Virus record (IMG/VR): IMGVR_UViG_3300017722_004285 | Coordinates: 1-30,738 of that record | Direction: 5' to 3' (one strand) | DNA length: 30,738 bases | Source of the DNA: a virus | Lineage: Duplodnaviria > Caudoviricetes | In this document: positions 26,600-30,738 of the stretch, one piece after another | How positions within the stretch are numbered: the stretch's first letter is position 1 | Layout of the letters: the number at the start of each line of letters is the position of its first letter | Notes under the pieces: generated by a model | What the model saw: only the letters and a program-made list of their open reading frames with translations | Databases searched by the model: none | Told to the model about the DNA's origin: nothing | Made by a program: the position numbers and the translations under genes

Positions 26600-26792
26600 A
26601 ACTCTACCATCACAAAACGAAGTTAATATTTTCTTAGATATACTTCGTTCCTCTGGAGCTACAAATATGTTTGGGGCTAGGCCTTACGTTCAAGAACACT
26701 TTGGTATAAACAAATACCAGGCTGGCGATTTCGTTAAGGAATGGATGCAAACTTATAGTGAGCGAGCAAGTAAGGGTGAAGTAGTAAGGTGA
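26577..26792 (+). CDS. small conserved phage protein (LR.SG.TNMFGA family)
   Basis: FLD.LRSSGATNMFGARPY motif. Start uncertain (ATG 26577 or TTG 26589). Confidence 0.7.
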   Translation: MRCPLEAKTLPSQNEVNIFLDILRSSGATNMFGARPYVQEHFGINKYQAGDFVKEWMQTYSERASKGEVVR

Positions 26793-26800
26793 CATAAATA
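26793..26800 (+). promoter_or_regulatory. late promoter variant CATAAATA
   Basis: 7/8 match to the consensus, intergenic and upstream of 26878. Confidence 0.5.
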
Positions 26801-26877
26801 ATCTGTACTATTTGATTGGCGGTCTTCTCTTGTAATTTTTTTATCATAAAGGTAACTAAATTCAAGATTGGAGATAA

Positions 26878-27660
26878 ATGGATCCATTAACGCTTTTTGC
26901 GTTAGCCAATGGTGCAGTTTCTGCTATTAAAGCTGGTTGTAAGTTATACAAAGATATCAAGGGTGCTGCGGGTGATGTTAAGGATGTGCTTAAAGACCTT
27001 GATGAGCAATTTAAGAAATTACATCCAGCCGATAAGCCTGCGACTGTAGAGCAGCGCAATCAATACATTCGGGAGAAGAATGAAGTAATAACCCTAAACA
27101 AGAAAGCCAACTCCAATGAGCATACCGACATTTATGCAGAGATTGGTAATCACCTAGGTACGTATTATGATAACTTCTACAAATGTATGGCTGTTTTTGC
27201 TGAGGAAGAAAGACGCGCTAAAAAGGAAATATATACTGGTGATGCATCGCTAGGAAAACGTGCGTTACAACGTGTTCTAATGCGTAAACAACTAGAACAA
27301 ATGAGTGCAGAGTTACGTGAATTAATGGTATATCAATGCCCCCCCGAACTTGGTGCTCTTCATACAGAAGTTGAAGAGATGATGAAACAGATGGGGAAAG
27401 AACAAAATGTTCTTATTGCTAAACAAATGCAGAGACAGGCTGAAGATGATAGACGGAGAGCGGCAAAAAAAAGAAAAGCAACTGAACTAGCCATGTGGGG
27501 TGTTGGTGTCATGATTTGCGTTTTTGGTTTCATGTTTATGATGATGTTGGTTGCGAAATCCCGGCAAGAAATGTATCCCCAATACGGCAATGAGTTTGTA
27601 CCCAAGACGGAAGAGCAGAGAAGAAGAGAGGCGTTACCTCAGGTATACGTTGGACGATAA
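26878..27660 (+). CDS. helical protein with C-terminal TM anchor (MDPLT family)
   Basis: GGAG SD; same architecture as 24477-24974; TM segment LAMWGVGVMICVFGFMFMMMLV. Confidence 0.8.
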   Translation: MDPLTLFALANGAVSAIKAGCKLYKDIKGAAGDVKDVLKDLDEQFKKLHPADKPATVEQRNQYIREKNEVITLNKKANSNEHTDIYAEIGNHLGTYYDNFYKCMAVFAEEERRAKKEIYTGDASLGKRALQRVLMRKQLEQMSAELRELMVYQCPPELGALHTEVEEMMKQMGKEQNVLIAKQMQRQAEDDRRRAAKKRKATELAMWGVGVMICVFGFMFMMMLVAKSRQEMYPQYGNEFVPKTEEQRRREALPQVYVGR

Positions 27661-27674
27661 TAAAAAGGAATAAT

Positions 27675-28466
27675 ATGAACTATCGCACAATATTCATAAG
27701 TGATGTTCATTTAGGTACTAGGGATTGTCAAGCTGATAAGCTAAATAATTTTTTAAAACATAACACCTGTGAGACTTTATATCTTGTAGGAGATATTATT
27801 GATGCATGGAAAATACAACAGAATAAATGGCGTTGGAAGCAATCCCATACTAATGTAGTAAGAAGAATTCTTGGTCATGCAAAGCGCGGTACAAAAGTAA
27901 TTTATGTAGCAGGTAATCATGATGAATTTTTAAGACCAATGATACCTTATCAGTTTTCTTTTGGTCAAATTGAAATTAAGAATCAAGCAGAACATTTAGG
28001 TGTGAATGGTAAGCGGTACCTAGTAACTCACGGCGACTTGTTTGATGGTATTACCAGATTGGCGCCATGGATATCATTCTTAGGAGATAAAGCATATGAC
28101 ATTGTTCTTAGCCTCAACAATAAATTTAATTGGATTCGTCGTCGTATGGGTTTTGGGTACTTTAGCCTTAGCAAGTATCTTAAGTACAAGGTCAAAAAAG
28201 CTGTAGACTTTGTATTTAAATTTGAAGAAACCCTGGCTGCTTATTGTAAGAAACGTGGCTTTGATGGTGTGATCTGTGGACATATACACCATGCTGAAAT
28301 TAAAGAAATAGATGGGGTAATGTATATGAATGATGGCGATTGGGTGGAATCATGTACTGCTCTTGTTGAGCATCATGATGGCAAGTGGGAAATTATAACC
28401 TGGACTAAGGAAAACGATTATGAAGGTTCAAAAGATATTAAAAAAGATTTATCAAGCATGTATTAG
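27675..28466 (+). CDS. LpxH-like metallophosphoesterase (UDP-2,3-diacylglucosamine hydrolase family)
   Basis: SDVHLG, GDIID, GNHD, HGD.FD, CGHIH, NDGDWVES.TALVE. Confidence 0.9.
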   Translation: MNYRTIFISDVHLGTRDCQADKLNNFLKHNTCETLYLVGDIIDAWKIQQNKWRWKQSHTNVVRRILGHAKRGTKVIYVAGNHDEFLRPMIPYQFSFGQIEIKNQAEHLGVNGKRYLVTHGDLFDGITRLAPWISFLGDKAYDIVLSLNNKFNWIRRRMGFGYFSLSKYLKYKVKKAVDFVFKFEETLAAYCKKRGFDGVICGHIHHAEIKEIDGVMYMNDGDWVESCTALVEHHDGKWEIITWTKENDYEGSKDIKKDLSSMY

Positions 28467-28551
28467 TCATGATAAAATTAAAGAAAAAAAATTGTGGTTA
28501 AAAGCCCTGCGAAAGTCTATAAATCATAAACACACGTATGCAATTAAGTGA
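28420..28551 (+). CDS. 43-aa basic hypothetical protein (not in ORF track)
   Basis: MKVQKILKKIYQACISHDKIKEKKLWLKALRKSINHKHTYAIK; AAGGA SD at about 28407; bridges the phosphoesterase and GT2 genes. Confidence 0.5.
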   Translation: MKVQKILKKIYQACISHDKIKEKKLWLKALRKSINHKHTYAIK

Positions 28552-29248
28552 TAAAATAACTATTGTTGTTCCATGCAAGAACGAAGAAAACTATATTTTA
28601 CATTTATTAATGCACCTTCGTCAGCAATCGATAGGTAATACAAGAATAATTATTGCAGATTGTTCAACAGACAATACACGTGATATTATTGAATTCCACA
28701 AGGGCGTCTTGAATATTGAGATTATCGATGGAGGACCGGTCAGTGTTGCTAAGAATAACGGGGCACGACTGGTAACTACACCTTACGTACTATTCATTGA
28801 TGCCGACGTCCGCTTCTTTAAGGATACAGTTATAAGTGATGCAGTTGCTGAGATTGAATATAATAATCTTGACTTAGTAGGGCTGTATGTAAAGTCTTAC
28901 GATGGTGATATAAGGGCGCAGATTGGATTCATGTTGTTTAATGCTGTAAATAATATTATGAAGTACAAAGTTCCATTCGCTGTTGGTGCATTTATGTTAA
29001 CACGAAAAGAGCAGTTTGATAACCTGGGTGGGTTTCCTGAAAAGTTTGGTACAAGCGAAGATTTCTTTCTTTCTAAGAAGTACGACGTAAAGAAATTTAA
29101 ACTAGTAAAACATTATTTTGGACAGGACAATAGAAGATTCAAACATATGGGATACTTCGGCATGGCCTGGTATCTTATTAAAAACTTTATAAACCGTAAC
29201 AATATAGCTTATTGGGAGCGTACCGACTATAGTCGTTACTGGAATTAG
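28538..29248 (+). CDS. family 2 glycosyltransferase
   Basis: IVVPCKNEE, IAD.STDNT, AKNNGA, LFIDAD, GGF.E...SED. Confidence 0.9.
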   Translation: MQLSDKITIVVPCKNEENYILHLLMHLRQQSIGNTRIIIADCSTDNTRDIIEFHKGVLNIEIIDGGPVSVAKNNGARLVTTPYVLFIDADVRFFKDTVISDAVAEIEYNNLDLVGLYVKSYDGDIRAQIGFMLFNAVNNIMKYKVPFAVGAFMLTRKEQFDNLGGFPEKFGTSEDFFLSKKYDVKKFKLVKHYFGQDNRRFKHMGYFGMAWYLIKNFINRNNIAYWERTDYSRYWN

Positions 29249-29277
29249 TTGATCTTTCTATTGAGCTAGTATATAAT
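29249..29277 (+). promoter_or_regulatory. sigma70-type promoter TTGATC-N17-TATAAT
   Basis: -35 at 29249-29254, -10 at 29272-29277. Confidence 0.72.
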
Positions 29278-29283
29278 TGTCTT

Positions 29284-29616
29284 ATGATAATCGCTCAAGA
29301 AACTACTGATTGGGGCTCTGCCTCTCACATCAATCATATCTACTTCTTAGATGATTCCCGGTCTAAGATGTATGCATACATTCAAGGGGATTCTTTAGAA
29401 TCCAAGATATTTAAAAACCCTATCTCTATTTCCGTAAAAGGTCGCTCTTTTGAGGTCCTTCGAAAGATTGATATGGATACCCCAGGAGTTGCGGTTATGG
29501 GGTCTAAGGGAGATGTTTATTATGTCACCGATCATGATGGGGAATATAAATGTACATGTACAGGTTATAAGTACCATGGAACATGTAAGCATATTGAAGG
29601 GGTGAAGAATGCATGA
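29284..29616 (+). CDS. SWIM zinc-finger protein
   Basis: GSKG..Y.V, CTC.GY.Y...CKH. Confidence 0.82.
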   Translation: MIIAQETTDWGSASHINHIYFLDDSRSKMYAYIQGDSLESKIFKNPISISVKGRSFEVLRKIDMDTPGVAVMGSKGDVYYVTDHDGEYKCTCTGYKYHGTCKHIEGVKNA

Positions 29617-30152
29617 AAAAATATTCTAGTTTTTTAAGCGATATAGAGCTATCGGAGTTAAACGAATACATAGATAAAAATTATAAAAATTTTATATACT
29701 ATTCCGTTCACATGAATTTAGTTAATGTAAAGGGATGGTACGAGGTACCGTTAAAGGATCCTGTAATGTCCTATTTTGCTAACAAATACATGAAGGCAAT
29801 GGGACAAAATAAGTATATTCATCAACTGTATTTCCTTGAGTATATGCCTGATTCATTTGCGCGAATTCATGAAGATAAAGGCACTTCTCTGACTTCTATA
29901 ACTATTCTTAAACAAGAAGATTTGATTGGCGGGGAGACTATTTTTCGAAGTGAATTTGATCATAAGAAAAATCCAACGGAGGGGAAGACATATCTCTCCA
30001 GCTCTCGGGTACTTAAGCACCCTTATATTTCGGTATGCCCGGCCTCCCCAGGAGACGTTTTAGCATATGGTCCAAGAGAAGAGCATGGGGTAGCATATAC
30101 GCATTCTGGTTTACGAAGAGTAATGGCAATCTGGATGAAAGATAAACGGTAG
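29613..30152 (+). CDS. 2OG-Fe(II) oxygenase superfamily protein
   Basis: Y...F...HED, GGET.F, GD.L.Y....HGV.....G.RRV. Confidence 0.8.
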   Translation: MKKYSSFLSDIELSELNEYIDKNYKNFIYYSVHMNLVNVKGWYEVPLKDPVMSYFANKYMKAMGQNKYIHQLYFLEYMPDSFARIHEDKGTSLTSITILKQEDLIGGETIFRSEFDHKKNPTEGKTYLSSSRVLKHPYISVCPASPGDVLAYGPREEHGVAYTHSGLRRVMAIWMKDKR

Positions 30153-30235
30153 AAAAAATCTAATGAAACGAATTGCTCTGTTCGTCAACCACCATCATGA
30201 TTTACTCAGTAACTTTGTTAAGAAGCTGTTTAAAC

Positions 30236-30285
30236 CGTAACGATTGGACCGTAACGGTTGCCTTTTGGGCGGAACAATATATAAT
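30236..30285 (+). promoter_or_regulatory. early sigma70-type promoter TTGCCT-N16-TATAAT with two CCGTAACG repeats
   Basis: CGTAACG at 30236 and 30250; -35 at 30258-30263; -10 at 30280-30285. Confidence 0.72.
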
Positions 30286-30315
30286 ACAAATATGTTAAAT
30301 AAGAAAGGAAGTAAG

Positions 30316-30624
30316 ATGAAAACGAAACTTTTAGCTGTTGCTTTAATTGGTACTCTCTTGTCCGCCCCCGCTATGGCATGGGGCGATCGGGAGCAAGGTG
30401 CATTGGCTGGTATTGCCGGTCTTTGGCTTATCCAGCGCCTCAATCAACCCCCTGTAGTTGTTCAACAGGCCCCCCAGATTCCTGTACCTCAGGGACCGAT
30501 GATCGGGCACTATCCAACTAACCCATACCCCTACGTTCTGGTCCCCCAGTGTCGTCAGATACTGACCATTCAGATGGATCGATATGGTAACGAATATAGG
30601 GTTCCTGCAACCATCTGTAACTAA
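30316..30624 (+). CDS. exported Pro/Gln-rich hypothetical protein
   Basis: AAGGA SD, signal peptide ending AMA-W, WGDREQG.LAG motif. Confidence 0.75.
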   Translation: MKTKLLAVALIGTLLSAPAMAWGDREQGALAGIAGLWLIQRLNQPPVVVQQAPQIPVPQGPMIGHYPTNPYPYVLVPQCRQILTIQMDRYGNEYRVPATICN

Positions 30625-30632
30625 AGCGTCTT

Positions 30633-30738
30633 ATGGGTAAGATGGCTGAGTTGAGTTGGGAGGTTGAGGATATGATTAACCGAGGCTATTCCTCGATTAA
30701 GATTGCCGAAACTCTTCTTATACCCCTTGCCTGGATTC
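30633..30738 (+). CDS. 3'-partial small hypothetical protein (HTH-like)
   Basis: MGKMAELSWEVEDMINRGYSSIKIAETLLIPLAWI runs off the window. Confidence 0.55.
   Translation, partial: MGKMAELSWEVEDMINRGYSSIKIAETLLIPLAWI

Noticed and set aside
1-30738. tRNA or rRNA genes
   Set aside because: Intergenic gaps are short and none shows a cloverleaf with T-loop/D-loop consensus by eye.

Overview
A 30.7-kb, AT-rich segment of a T4-like myovirus genome, with gene order resembling aquatic T4-like phages. Left to right it holds: (i) head genes (partial prohead-core polyprotein, gp21 protease, gp22 scaffold, gp23 major capsid with one in-frame TAA, gp3), a glycosyltransferase, uvsY, uvsW and the gp55 late sigma factor; (ii) a ~9.2-kb operon inserted between gp55 and gp47/gp46 that encodes a full 7-deazaguanine DNA-modification pathway (FolE, QueD, QueE, QueC, QueF, a TGT/DpdA-like protein and a PurN-like formyltransferase), plus a P-loop kinase, a MazG-like protein, a dUTPase/dCTP-deaminase-fold protein, a stand-alone class II glutamine amidotransferase, a SAM methyltransferase, a PD-(D/E)xK nuclease-like protein and a nucleotide-sugar dehydrogenase; (iii) gp47, gp46, rmlB, a radical SAM/SPASM protein and a purine phosphoribosyltransferase; (iv) a minus-strand late block (NUMOD3 protein, holin-like and membrane proteins) and a variable region of early genes behind sigma70-type promoters sharing a CGTAAC motif. 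The most interesting system is the deazaguanine cluster. It resembles a formyl-preQ1 (fdPreQ1-type) G-replacement pathway and carries extra nucleotide-pool enzymes and a nuclease, suggesting pre-replicative base substitution coupled to discrimination against unmodified DNA. All calls are from motif recognition by eye; no searches were run.
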